Part shown: positions 28,230-36,789 of the stretch, piece after piece | How positions within the stretch are numbered: position 1 is the stretch's first letter | Layout: every line of letters begins with the position of its first letter | Assembly (NCBI GenBank): GCA_016786765.1 | Contig: JAEUUZ010000017.1 | Span: 104,077-168,076, forward strand | DNA: 64,000 nucleotides | Origin: Chitinophagales bacterium | Lineage (GTDB): Bacteria; Bacteroidota; Bacteroidia; Chitinophagales; LD1 | Direction: 5' to 3' | Notes under the pieces: generated by a model | What the model saw: the letters and a program-made list of their open reading frames with translations, nothing else | Database searches by the model: none | Told to the model about the DNA's origin: nothing | Position numbers and translations under genes: made by a program

Positions 28230-29769
28230 CATTAAATTGAGCAGCAAAAATTTGCTCTAATTCTGCCAATTCCTTTTCTGCCATAAGCGCTGCAAAAACA
28301 GTTGGAGGTGCTTGTGAGGCCATACTCAGAATGCTTTCTCTATAATCGTGCTGCTCTATAAGTAGTGCTAGTTTCTGCAGTTTTTCCCAAGAATGCACAT
28401 CGGTTGTTTTATTAGCAAGCGCATCAGCTTCTTGAATAAAACAGTAAAGCGCTTCTGCTTCTTTCCCTTTAGGCGTTTTTGCAAATACAGCCCCAAGGTG
28501 ATTTTGCAATTCTCGTTGTTGTTCTGTAAACCCTAAAGTTTCTAGCGCAATCAACTGCTGTATTGTAGCTTTAATGTCTTCTAACGACCATACAACAGCA
28601 GCATTGTTTGTTGTCGACACTACATCCATAAATGCAGGCTTGCTTTTTTCAATAGCCCAACCTTTCAATAGTTGAATGAAATCGTGATAAGCGCTAATGC
28701 TTAGATTTCTTGGGCTTTGCGGATTTCCTGAAATGGAAGGCAAAGGATATTGCGCTAAAAAGGCAATCACCTCTTCCAACGCTTCTGCAGATAATTCGCG
28801 AAGGGTTAAATCAAAAGGCGTGAACACAACATTAAAATAAAGGGCAATATCTCTTTCTAAGCAAAACTCAAGCATTTGCGGAAGCTCTCGCCAATTGTTG
28901 GTCATAGGACATGCGGCCATGGAAATAAATGTTTTTTTACGTTTGGTGTAATCCATAAAATACACCAGGTTTTCCATCACCTTTTCGAAGTTGCCGTTGA
29001 CTCTAATTTTTTTGTAAGTCTCTTTGTCTACAGAGTCGATAGAGAGAATAATCCCTGCATTTAATCCTTCTAATAGGTCTTTAATTCTATTATTCAGGAA
29101 AGTGCCGTTGGTAGTAATGTGCATTCTGATGCTCGGATTGATTTTCAAAATGCGCTCCCAAATTTTTAGATAGATATCAATCATAAACGGTTCGCCCCCC
29201 AAAAATTTAGCATCCGTTAAATGCGGGATAAACTCGTCTAACTCATCCACAAATTTATCGTTGTAGGGCGAGACAATAGGCGGTAATTTTTCTCGGTTTT
29301 TGCGTATGCTGGAGGAGAAACTTCCGTTACACATAATGCATTCCAAATTACATTCGTTGCTCAACTCAAACTCCATCACTTTAGGATAAACGAAGCCACC
29401 GGTAAATGTTCGTTTGATTTTGGCAATAGTATCTGCTAATCCATGGGTTGCGAATTCGTCATAGTATTTAGCTCTTACCCCTTGGTAATTGCCGGCTTCT
29501 ATCATTTTACCGCACTCAATACAGCCTCCGCCTAAATTGTTGTCGGCAACAAACGAACGCAAATCGGCCAACTTCTGTCCAGTCCAAATCTCCCGTAAAC
29601 TTTGTTCCGGCCATTTTCCCAAAACATGCTTGAAGTTGTAGCAGCAGGCACGGACTTCACCGGTTTGTTCAAAATTAAGATTCACCAATGGCGCATGGCA
29701 TACAATGTTTTTATTGGCGCAATTTCTTGACGCGTTGTATGCTTGTATTGTTTCTTTAGAAAGAATCAT
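28219..29769 (-). CDS. radical SAM enzyme with N-terminal twitch/SPASM-like motif (paralogue 3 of 3)
   Basis: 516 aa with 'CHAPLVNLNFEQTGEVRACC', 'CIEC', core 'SNECNLECIMC', 'KNREKLPPI' and 'LGGEPFM'. Its 3' end overlaps the convergent paralogue by 11 nt. Confidence 0.8.
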   Translation of the reverse strand: MILSKETIQAYNASRNCANKNIVCHAPLVNLNFEQTGEVRACCYNFKHVLGKWPEQSLREIWTGQKLADLRSFVADNNLGGGCIECGKMIEAGNYQGVRAKYYDEFATHGLADTIAKIKRTFTGGFVYPKVMEFELSNECNLECIMCNGSFSSSIRKNREKLPPIVSPYNDKFVDELDEFIPHLTDAKFLGGEPFMIDIYLKIWERILKINPSIRMHITTNGTFLNNRIKDLLEGLNAGIILSIDSVDKETYKKIRVNGNFEKVMENLVYFMDYTKRKKTFISMAACPMTNNWRELPQMLEFCLERDIALYFNVVFTPFDLTLRELSAEALEEVIAFLAQYPLPSISGNPQSPRNLSISAYHDFIQLLKGWAIEKSKPAFMDVVSTTNNAAVVWSLEDIKATIQQLIALETLGFTEQQRELQNHLGAVFAKTPKGKEAEALYCFIQEADALANKTTDVHSWEKLQKLALLIEQHDYRESILSMASQAPPTVFAALMAEKELAELEQIFAAQFNARV

Positions 29770-29788
29770 CGTATTATGTGCCGGCTAT

Positions 29789-30586
29789 TTATTGTTTCAA
29801 AAATCCTTGATGTTTCAATTTGTTCATTGCTTTTCCCCAGAATGACGAAGGAAGCGTAATCAAATCATAACGGTGTAAAAGTACTGCTAATGTCGACTTA
29901 TAGTAAAAAAAACTTTTCGAAACATTTCTTGAACGCCATTCTTCGTTTTGCCAATGAATGAAAGACCATTGAGCAGGAATAGGTTCAGCATTTTGTACCC
30001 ATCGGCTTGTGATATCCCATTGATCAGGGTTGCTTACTCCATGGTTAATGAATTCTTCTAAACCCAATGCTGCAATGGCTGTATTGAGGATTTCGATGGG
30101 TTTATGCCAATCGGTATTATGTTCGTCAACTGTTGCAATGGCTTCCTGATAGCACTTCCACATTAGTTCACTTTTTGGAGGGCATTTCATCACATTGCCT
30201 ACTACTTTTAGTTCATGATGATTTCTAAAAAAGTAAGGCGAATTGGTGTTAAAAGGCTTCAAACAGGTTACATCCATGTCTACCCACCAACCTCCTTTTT
30301 CGTAGAGCAATTTATATCTGAAAATATCGGAGAAGCCGGCTACACTGCCTTTGCCATGGCCGTATTTATTGGTGTTTTTATAGCTGAATACTAGTTCTTT
30401 AGGCACAATGGTGTTTGCATCGCAAAGTACGACCTCTTCAGGAAGCACTGTTTCCAATGGTTCGTATACCCACAATTGAAATGTATGTCCGTTACCAATA
30501 AACGATTTTAAGGTGAGCAGTTCAATTACACTCAACGTTTTCCCTATCCACAGCGAATGGATGATTGTATTGTCTTGAGCTATCAT
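29789..30586 (-). CDS. GT32-like glycosyltransferase (Gly_transf_sug DXD region)
   Basis: 265 aa. 'FSDIFRYKLLYEKGGWWVDMDVTCL' matches the conserved sugar-binding/DXD region of GT32-type transferases. ATGA overlap with the upstream gene at 30583-30586. Confidence 0.7.
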   Translation of the reverse strand: MIAQDNTIIHSLWIGKTLSVIELLTLKSFIGNGHTFQLWVYEPLETVLPEEVVLCDANTIVPKELVFSYKNTNKYGHGKGSVAGFSDIFRYKLLYEKGGWWVDMDVTCLKPFNTNSPYFFRNHHELKVVGNVMKCPPKSELMWKCYQEAIATVDEHNTDWHKPIEILNTAIAALGLEEFINHGVSNPDQWDITSRWVQNAEPIPAQWSFIHWQNEEWRSRNVSKSFFYYKSTLAVLLHRYDLITLPSSFWGKAMNKLKHQGFLKQ

Positions 30587-31785
30587 GTTGCTGCGATATG
30601 TTTTACTACATCATTCCAAACAGGCCATTTTTCGTCACCCCAATGATGATAAATATGAATAAAATAGGGTTGAATCCTTTTTTTTGCTGGTCCGATGAGA
30701 AACGCCAGATGACCTATGTATTCGATGGATTTGTTATTGTAATCTGCAATAAGATTGTATTCCAAAGGGAGTGTAGGGTGTTGCTGAAGATTGAATTGAC
30801 ATACCGTTGCAATCAATGTGCCTTGATCTCTCGTTCGCCAATGGTTATCCTTAAAAATGGACATAGTGCTGTTGTGCCATTGCTCCAAAAAAGCAGCGGA
30901 TTCATCGTTGAATAAAAAAACACCTCCATTCCAATGTTGCCAATGGAAGGGCTTTGCCGTTATATTGAATTTCTTTTCGAGCTGTTCTGCCAAGTGCTCG
31001 CAACTTAGGCGCGTAAGCGATGTTCCGTCTTTTCTAAACCATTGTTTTAGCGAAGTATTATAATTGAATCCGGTTTTTTGAGCTACATATAAAATGTCGT
31101 CTTTGGCATTCTCATCATACTTCAGCAAGGTGTTGTTTTGATCATACCAAAGCCCTGCTTTTTTATCCAATTTGTATTCATTACATAGGTGGTAAAACCG
31201 CCCGGGTAACCAATATTTAAAAGTATGCCAGCGATATAGCCATTTCGATGATTTGCTTTCGGCAATCTTTTTTTCAATGTCGGCAACACATTGATCGATA
31301 TACAACAGTTGAGGTAGCACGTTATTCTGAAAATCGTGATAGTAGTAATAAGGTTTTGGCGAGTCTATGGCAAATGCCTCTTGACAACCACATTGAACAG
31401 CCGATGGACTAAACTCATCCATACTGCAATGGTCTGTGCAAAAAGTAATGGGTGCTGTAAACTTGTCGAAAATGCCGTCAACACTATTATTCAGTGCTAC
31501 TACATCGGTATCCAAATAGCAGTAATTGTTTCCTTTCGGAAGAAATTTATGAAGTCCGGTTTTTAAATAGATACTGGCCTGATGGTGGTTAAATTCTTTT
31601 GGTGTCGGAATATCAACGATGGTATGATGTATTACAGGTATTTCATTTCTACTACTATCCGTTACTACACAAACTTCTTTCGTGCTATACTTTTGGAGTG
31701 CATGTAACGAAAAATGAAGCGTATCAATATGCTCCTTTCCTCCACAAACCACAAAAACAAAAATAGATTTATTTCCTTGCATCAT
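30583..31785 (-). CDS. putative GT-A-like glycosyltransferase (DxD)
   Basis: The ORF is open to 31890, but that start would overlap the upstream SDR gene by 122 nt. The ATG-ATG at 31785/31782 gives a 17-nt overlap. 'IFVFVVCGGKEHIDTLHFSL' and 'YCYLDTDVVAL' (DxD). Confidence 0.4.
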   Translation of the reverse strand: MMQGNKSIFVFVVCGGKEHIDTLHFSLHALQKYSTKEVCVVTDSSRNEIPVIHHTIVDIPTPKEFNHHQASIYLKTGLHKFLPKGNNYCYLDTDVVALNNSVDGIFDKFTAPITFCTDHCSMDEFSPSAVQCGCQEAFAIDSPKPYYYYHDFQNNVLPQLLYIDQCVADIEKKIAESKSSKWLYRWHTFKYWLPGRFYHLCNEYKLDKKAGLWYDQNNTLLKYDENAKDDILYVAQKTGFNYNTSLKQWFRKDGTSLTRLSCEHLAEQLEKKFNITAKPFHWQHWNGGVFLFNDESAAFLEQWHNSTMSIFKDNHWRTRDQGTLIATVCQFNLQQHPTLPLEYNLIADYNNKSIEYIGHLAFLIGPAKKRIQPYFIHIYHHWGDEKWPVWNDVVKHIAAT

Positions 31786-32797
31786 GCTTAATCGCAAAGT
31801 TATACCATTCAATTGTTTTTTGTAATCCTTCTTCAATCGACACCTTTGGCTTAAACGAAATGTGTTGAAAAAGTTTGTTGCAATTCGCAAAGGTTTTAAT
31901 CATTTCGCCTTCACCTCCTTGTTGTTTTTTAACTTGAACTGTTCGACCGGTTTGCTTTCCGATTTCTGCTACATAGGTTGCTATATCTACCGGCTCTCCA
32001 CCGCCAATGTTGTAAATGGAGTGGCCGAGGCTTTTTTGCTTTGCACTGCACAGCTGTTGTACTAGGCGTGCAATAGCTTCACAAACATCCTCCACATAAG
32101 TAAAATCGCGAACCATTGATTGTTGTTGGTGTTGAAAAACGGTAATCTCTTCGTTGTTCAGCACCTTACGAATAAAATTGAAAGTCGCCATATCGGGTCT
32201 TGTCCAAGGACCATATACCGTAAAAAAACGCAAACCAATCATCGTAATATTGTGCTGTTGGGTAAAGTCTTCTGCAAACAGTTCGTTGTTTTTTTTGGTT
32301 GAGGCATAAGGGTTTAACGGGTGGTTTGTATCAGACCCTTCTGTAAATGGATAGTCGCTACAACTCCCATAAACTGATGAGCTGGAGGCATAGATGATTT
32401 TTTTTACCCCATGTTGTTCAGCTATTTCTACTACATTTTTAAACCCTTGTTCATTGACTTTGCGATACTGTTCTTCGTGTTGAATAGAAGGACGAATGCC
32501 TGTTAATGCCGCCAGGTGAATCACTACATCGAAAGTATGCAAACTGAAAAGGGATTGCAGTTTCACACGATCTAGGATGTCGGCAGTAATAAAAACGCCT
32601 TTCTCGGCTGTCACTTCAACCGAATCTTCCTTTTGAATTTGTTGGCTAAAGAAATTGCTGAGGCGTTGTAACTTCATTTGCGGATTAGAAAAGTCGGTTA
32701 GGTTATCGATGCCCATTACAGTGTGCTCTATACACAGTTTTTCCCATAGGTTATAGCCTATGAAACCTGCTGCTCCTGTAATTAAAATCTTTGCCAT
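31769..32797 (-). CDS. NAD-dependent extended-SDR nucleotide-sugar epimerase (UDP-glucuronate 4-epimerase-like)
   Basis: 342 aa. 'ILITGAAGFIGYNL' (GxxGxxG), 'ASSSSVYG', 'YASTKKNNE' (YxxxK). 'IDNLTDFSNPQMKLQRL' resembles the 'DN.NDYYD...K..RL' region of UDP-GlcA 4-epimerases. Confidence 0.8.
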   Translation of the reverse strand: MAKILITGAAGFIGYNLWEKLCIEHTVMGIDNLTDFSNPQMKLQRLSNFFSQQIQKEDSVEVTAEKGVFITADILDRVKLQSLFSLHTFDVVIHLAALTGIRPSIQHEEQYRKVNEQGFKNVVEIAEQHGVKKIIYASSSSVYGSCSDYPFTEGSDTNHPLNPYASTKKNNELFAEDFTQQHNITMIGLRFFTVYGPWTRPDMATFNFIRKVLNNEEITVFQHQQQSMVRDFTYVEDVCEAIARLVQQLCSAKQKSLGHSIYNIGGGEPVDIATYVAEIGKQTGRTVQVKKQQGGEGEMIKTFANCNKLFQHISFKPKVSIEEGLQKTIEWYNFAIKHDARK

Positions 32798-34573
32798 TTA
32801 TAATGCCCAACGATTAAACCATTTTTCCATCACCAGCAGTTTCCAAAGTCGCCAATGGTCTTGCTGTGTTAACAATTGAAGATAATATTCTTCGTTGATA
32901 ATTCCCTCCTTTATCAGCGTAGACTGATCTAAATTCGATTTGTACCACTCTATTTGCATGTAAAAACTATCGGGACCAACAAAGCCTTGCTTTTGTCGAT
33001 TCAAAATGGTTTTAGGAAGGACCTGTTTAATGTTTTCATACAGTAGATATTTGGTGGTGTTGGCATCCATGTAGCAACTTTCTTGGTTCGCAAGCACTAG
33101 TTCATATAGTTCATGATCTAAGAAAGGTACACGTACTTCCAACGAGTTTGCCATACTTGCACGGTCGATTTTCGTTAACACCAATTCGCCCATAAAGCAT
33201 TTTATATCGAGGTGTTGAATGGATTGAAAGGCTGTCAATTCCTGTTGGTGATGTTGACGGTAAAACCAATGTACATCATTCGGGATGTTCTTGTGGTAAT
33301 TGGGATGCAGCAGTTGTTGTTGTTCAGCAGATCCGAAATATCCCATGGCCATTGCATTTGCATAATAAGGAATCAGCGTTTCAGGATGATTGTCGGACAG
33401 ACCGAATAACTTCTGCTTCCATGTTGCCGGGTGCTCACGAAACCAATCTTTTTGCCAGGTATAGCCCCCTAAAAGCTCATCTGCACCCTCGCCCCCCATC
33501 ACCGCTTTTACATATTTCCTTGCATTTTTACTGACCAAGTAAGTTGGTAAAATAGATATATCGGCAATAGGCTCATCGTACACATCCGGCATAATATTCG
33601 CCAAATCCAAATCGTTTTCGGACACCATTAGCGGATGATGATTTAATCCAAATTTTTCAGCTACTACTGCAGCATATTGGTCTTCACTCTTTTCCCAATT
33701 ATTAAAACCAATAGAAAATGTTTGCGGCAAATAATTGTTCTTCGCTAATAAGTAAGCAATGGCTGAGCTGTCGTAGCCACCACTCAAAAAACTCCCCACA
33801 GGTACGTCAGCTCTTGAGTGTTGTAAAACAGACTGTTCAAGTTGTTGGCCATACAGGAACGCTAGCTCTTCTTTCTCTATTTTTCTTTTTTGATAGTCGA
33901 TTTTCCAGTATTCGTGAATAGAATAAGTAGCGGAACGAATATTGTATTCTAAATAATGTGCCGGTGGCAGCTTGGCAACGTTCTGCCAAATTGTTTTTGG
34001 TGAAGGGATATAGCGATAAGTGAAATAATCGGCAAAAGAAGAGAAGTCTACCTGATATTGATGGTTGCTGTGTTTCACGATAGCTTTTAGCTCTGAAGCA
34101 AAAATAAATTCGCCATAAGCAGCCGAGTAATACAAGGGTTTAATGCCGAAACGATCGCGTACTAAGAAAAGTTTTTGTTGCTGTAAGTCCAGTAAACCCA
34201 TGGCGAACATGCCTTTAAGCTTTTGGAGAACGGCAATGCCCCAAACTTTGTAGCCTTCAATAATAACCTCTGTGTCGGTTTGGGTGTGAAAGGTACATCC
34301 CAATTGGAGGAGAACCTCTTTCAGTTCTTTGAAGTTGTAAATTTCTCCATTATAAGTGATCCAGATTTCATTCCGGTTATCACACATGGGTTGATGTCCG
34401 TTTTCGCTGAGATCGAAAAACGATAAGCGTGTATGCCCTAAGGCTATAGTGTTGTTTTGAAGAAATACTGCTCCTTTACCATCGGGGCCTCTATGGTGAA
34501 GCGTGTCTCTTTTCAAACAGAATTGATTCTGTTCAATGATAGATTTAGCGATTTGTCCAATTATACCACACAC
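32798..34573 (-). CDS. asparagine synthase (glutamine-hydrolysing)-family amidotransferase, AsnB/WbpS-like
   Basis: 591 aa. A GTG start places Cys at position 2 ('(M)CGIIGQ', the obligatory Ntn nucleophile). 'LSGGYDSS' PP-loop. It abuts the downstream SDR gene with a 0-nt gap and shares 1 nt with the upstream stop. Confidence 0.9.
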   Translation of the reverse strand: MCGIIGQIAKSIIEQNQFCLKRDTLHHRGPDGKGAVFLQNNTIALGHTRLSFFDLSENGHQPMCDNRNEIWITYNGEIYNFKELKEVLLQLGCTFHTQTDTEVIIEGYKVWGIAVLQKLKGMFAMGLLDLQQQKLFLVRDRFGIKPLYYSAAYGEFIFASELKAIVKHSNHQYQVDFSSFADYFTYRYIPSPKTIWQNVAKLPPAHYLEYNIRSATYSIHEYWKIDYQKRKIEKEELAFLYGQQLEQSVLQHSRADVPVGSFLSGGYDSSAIAYLLAKNNYLPQTFSIGFNNWEKSEDQYAAVVAEKFGLNHHPLMVSENDLDLANIMPDVYDEPIADISILPTYLVSKNARKYVKAVMGGEGADELLGGYTWQKDWFREHPATWKQKLFGLSDNHPETLIPYYANAMAMGYFGSAEQQQLLHPNYHKNIPNDVHWFYRQHHQQELTAFQSIQHLDIKCFMGELVLTKIDRASMANSLEVRVPFLDHELYELVLANQESCYMDANTTKYLLYENIKQVLPKTILNRQKQGFVGPDSFYMQIEWYKSNLDQSTLIKEGIINEEYYLQLLTQQDHWRLWKLLVMEKWFNRWAL

Positions 34574-35709
34574 TATTTTCCCTTGTTTAATTGTCGTAAA
34601 ATATAACCTTTTGCATCTGTTTTTTCTTTTATTAGGTCAACGCCAACTACTTTAAACAAAAGATATACCAACCAATTTACGCCTAATTTGATGCCGGCAA
34701 AAATGCTATGGAAAACACGGTAACATCCATTTTTTATTGCATTCAAGCTATGTTGTAATTCAAAACTTTCAAGGAGTGCATACAACCACTTTCCGGAAAA
34801 AAGAAGTAATTGGATGGGGAATAATAGTAGAAAACGTATGTCGCTGATGCACAAAATAATGATGAAAGAAAGTGGCAAGAGATGATCATATAAAAGATTA
34901 GGAAAATAGAATCGATAGCCATTGAGCTTGTCCATGCTTAGGAAAAGCAAAAGCGACAGCACTATTCCAACTACTGCAACAAAGAACCATTGATTTTGTA
35001 TGCACAGCATGGATACAAGTACCAATAAGAGGACTAATTCCGTTGATCGTAACCCGTTAAGAAAGGAATTTGTAATAGGAACTCCATATTTGTTCGTAAA
35101 GGTTTTCGTGTTACTTAATTGGTCGGCATCACTATCGTTTAGTTGGTGCAAAAGAATGTTCCGTAGGCCAACACAAAACTGCCACGCAAATAAAAGAGCT
35201 ACCCATACACCATCAGCGGGTTTGTCCGAAATTAATGTATAGGTATGTACTGCCATAACAGCGGGAATGCTGTGGGCATAAAGGGCATCAGTAATCAAGC
35301 CAAGTAATCCGCGTTCTTTTAAACGAATACCCGGCATAGAATAGGATAGAAATAATGAGAGCTGCAATACAATAAGCACGATAGTGAACGTATCGAAGGG
35401 TAAATAGTACCAAGGTGTAAACAACATCAACAAAGCGATGCCGAAATAGACCGATTTTTGAATTGTAGTTTTGTTGAGCAGGAAGTTTTTTTTGCCTGCA
35501 AGTCTGTCTTTGTCTTGGTCGAAAAAATCGTTGAGTAAATAGCCAAGTGATGCGAAGCCGATGATGGTAACGAGCGAACACATGGCCCACAATCCAAAGT
35601 GCTCAAAAGGAATTTGAAAATAAATCGTGAAAAGGTAAACCAAGCCAATCAACAAAGAAGCTTTGCCAATCCACCAATCTTCTGCTCTAAATGGCTTTGC
35701 TACCGACAT
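34573..35709 (-). CDS. UbiA-superfamily polyprenyl/prenyl transferase (integral membrane)
   Basis: 378 aa with about 8-9 TM helices. The first Asp-rich motif 'LNDFFDQDKD' fits NDxxDxxxD. The second acidic motif is 'LNDSDADQLSNTKTF'. Confidence 0.7.
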   Translation of the reverse strand: MSVAKPFRAEDWWIGKASLLIGLVYLFTIYFQIPFEHFGLWAMCSLVTIIGFASLGYLLNDFFDQDKDRLAGKKNFLLNKTTIQKSVYFGIALLMLFTPWYYLPFDTFTIVLIVLQLSLFLSYSMPGIRLKERGLLGLITDALYAHSIPAVMAVHTYTLISDKPADGVWVALLFAWQFCVGLRNILLHQLNDSDADQLSNTKTFTNKYGVPITNSFLNGLRSTELVLLLVLVSMLCIQNQWFFVAVVGIVLSLLLFLSMDKLNGYRFYFPNLLYDHLLPLSFIIILCISDIRFLLLFPIQLLLFSGKWLYALLESFELQHSLNAIKNGCYRVFHSIFAGIKLGVNWLVYLLFKVVGVDLIKEKTDAKGYILRQLNKGK

Positions 35710-35715
35710 TTCGCT

Positions 35716-36669
35716 TTAGCTGTTTGGGCGATTTAAAAAGTAGAGGTGCTTTTCTATATTCACATCAAAGGGAGGTTTCATCACTTTCACTTCGTAAAAA
35801 TCTATTGGGAAAACATAGTTCTCCCAGCTTACAATTTTGGCAATATCGAATAAGTTCTGAAAATCGTTAGAGATCGTCAAGTGTTCAAATTCTTCTGTTT
35901 TTACCTCAGGTGTTTTTACAGAAAGCAACAAGAAATTTAATCTTCGAATGGTTTGCATAATAACACTAAAATCAGCAACGTTGTAACAATAGGCTTTGTT
36001 GATTTCAGCAATAATTGCATCAATTTTTGCCCCATCCTCTGCATTGGGATGTTCTCGCTTAAATAAATCTTTGATGTATAAAATGCCACCAGGCTTCAAA
36101 CACGCATAAGCACTTTCTATAAGTTGAATTTGATGGGTAGAATGCCCAAACGATTCGAGGAATAAAATTCTGTCAAAGCGATTTGCGCCATAGAGACTGA
36201 GCATTTGATGGTAGTCGCCTTGTTGAATGGTAACATTGCCTTTAAGTGATTTGGAACTGATAACAGTTTTTGATTTTTCGACTTGAACCTCGGAAATAGT
36301 TAAGCCTTGTACGTCAATATTCAATTTTGAAGCAAAATAACTTGCGGGACCGCCCACACCACAACCGGCATCGAGTATCGTTTGTCCGTCTTTTAGCTCA
36401 GCACTTTCAATGGTATAGTCTAAATAGTCACTTACATTCTTTGTGCGAAACGCTTGAATCACCTCGCCATAAACACCCAAGAACTTATCGGTGGTTTCGT
36501 TGTAAAAATCGCCAACAATTTTTGAATGATTCGTGCTCAAATGGTTAGAAAGGCTTACTGCATTTAAAGTCGCATTCACCGCACTACTTTGTTTTTTCAA
36601 CAAGTAAATAATTACACCTAGTGAAAGCAAAAGGGATAACCCAAGAATAAGAATGAGAAGTTGAATCAT
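35716..36669 (-). CDS. membrane-anchored class I SAM-dependent methyltransferase (lipid-type MT motif)
   Basis: 317 aa. N-terminal TM 'IQLLILILGLSLLLSLGVIIYLL'. Motif I 'ILDAGCGVGGPASY' followed by 'VQGLTISEVQVEKS'. This resembles the ERG6/gamma-TMT/CFA-synthase group of lipid methyltransferases. Confidence 0.75.
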   Translation of the reverse strand: MIQLLILILGLSLLLSLGVIIYLLKKQSSAVNATLNAVSLSNHLSTNHSKIVGDFYNETTDKFLGVYGEVIQAFRTKNVSDYLDYTIESAELKDGQTILDAGCGVGGPASYFASKLNIDVQGLTISEVQVEKSKTVISSKSLKGNVTIQQGDYHQMLSLYGANRFDRILFLESFGHSTHQIQLIESAYACLKPGGILYIKDLFKREHPNAEDGAKIDAIIAEINKAYCYNVADFSVIMQTIRRLNFLLLSVKTPEVKTEEFEHLTISNDFQNLFDIAKIVSWENYVFPIDFYEVKVMKPPFDVNIEKHLYFLNRPNS

Positions 36670-36789
36670 TTGATGAAAAAATTACGCTGTAAAATCCTGT
36701 TTGACTTTAAAAATAACAAAGTTTTTGGCTGAATTTTTTGAGGAGGTGATTTAATAACCTCGATTTTCTATATTTGAGAATATTGAATA

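Noticed and set aside
30565-30915. 116-aa plus-strand ORF spanning the junction of two minus-strand GT genes
   Set aside because: It overlaps two motif-supported genes, is low-complexity and has no recognisable domain.
31786-31890. 35-codon N-terminal extension of the GT-A-like ORF
   Set aside because: It would overlap the upstream SDR gene by 122 nt. An ATG-ATG doublet at 31785/31782 directly precedes the first conserved strand 'IFVFVV'.
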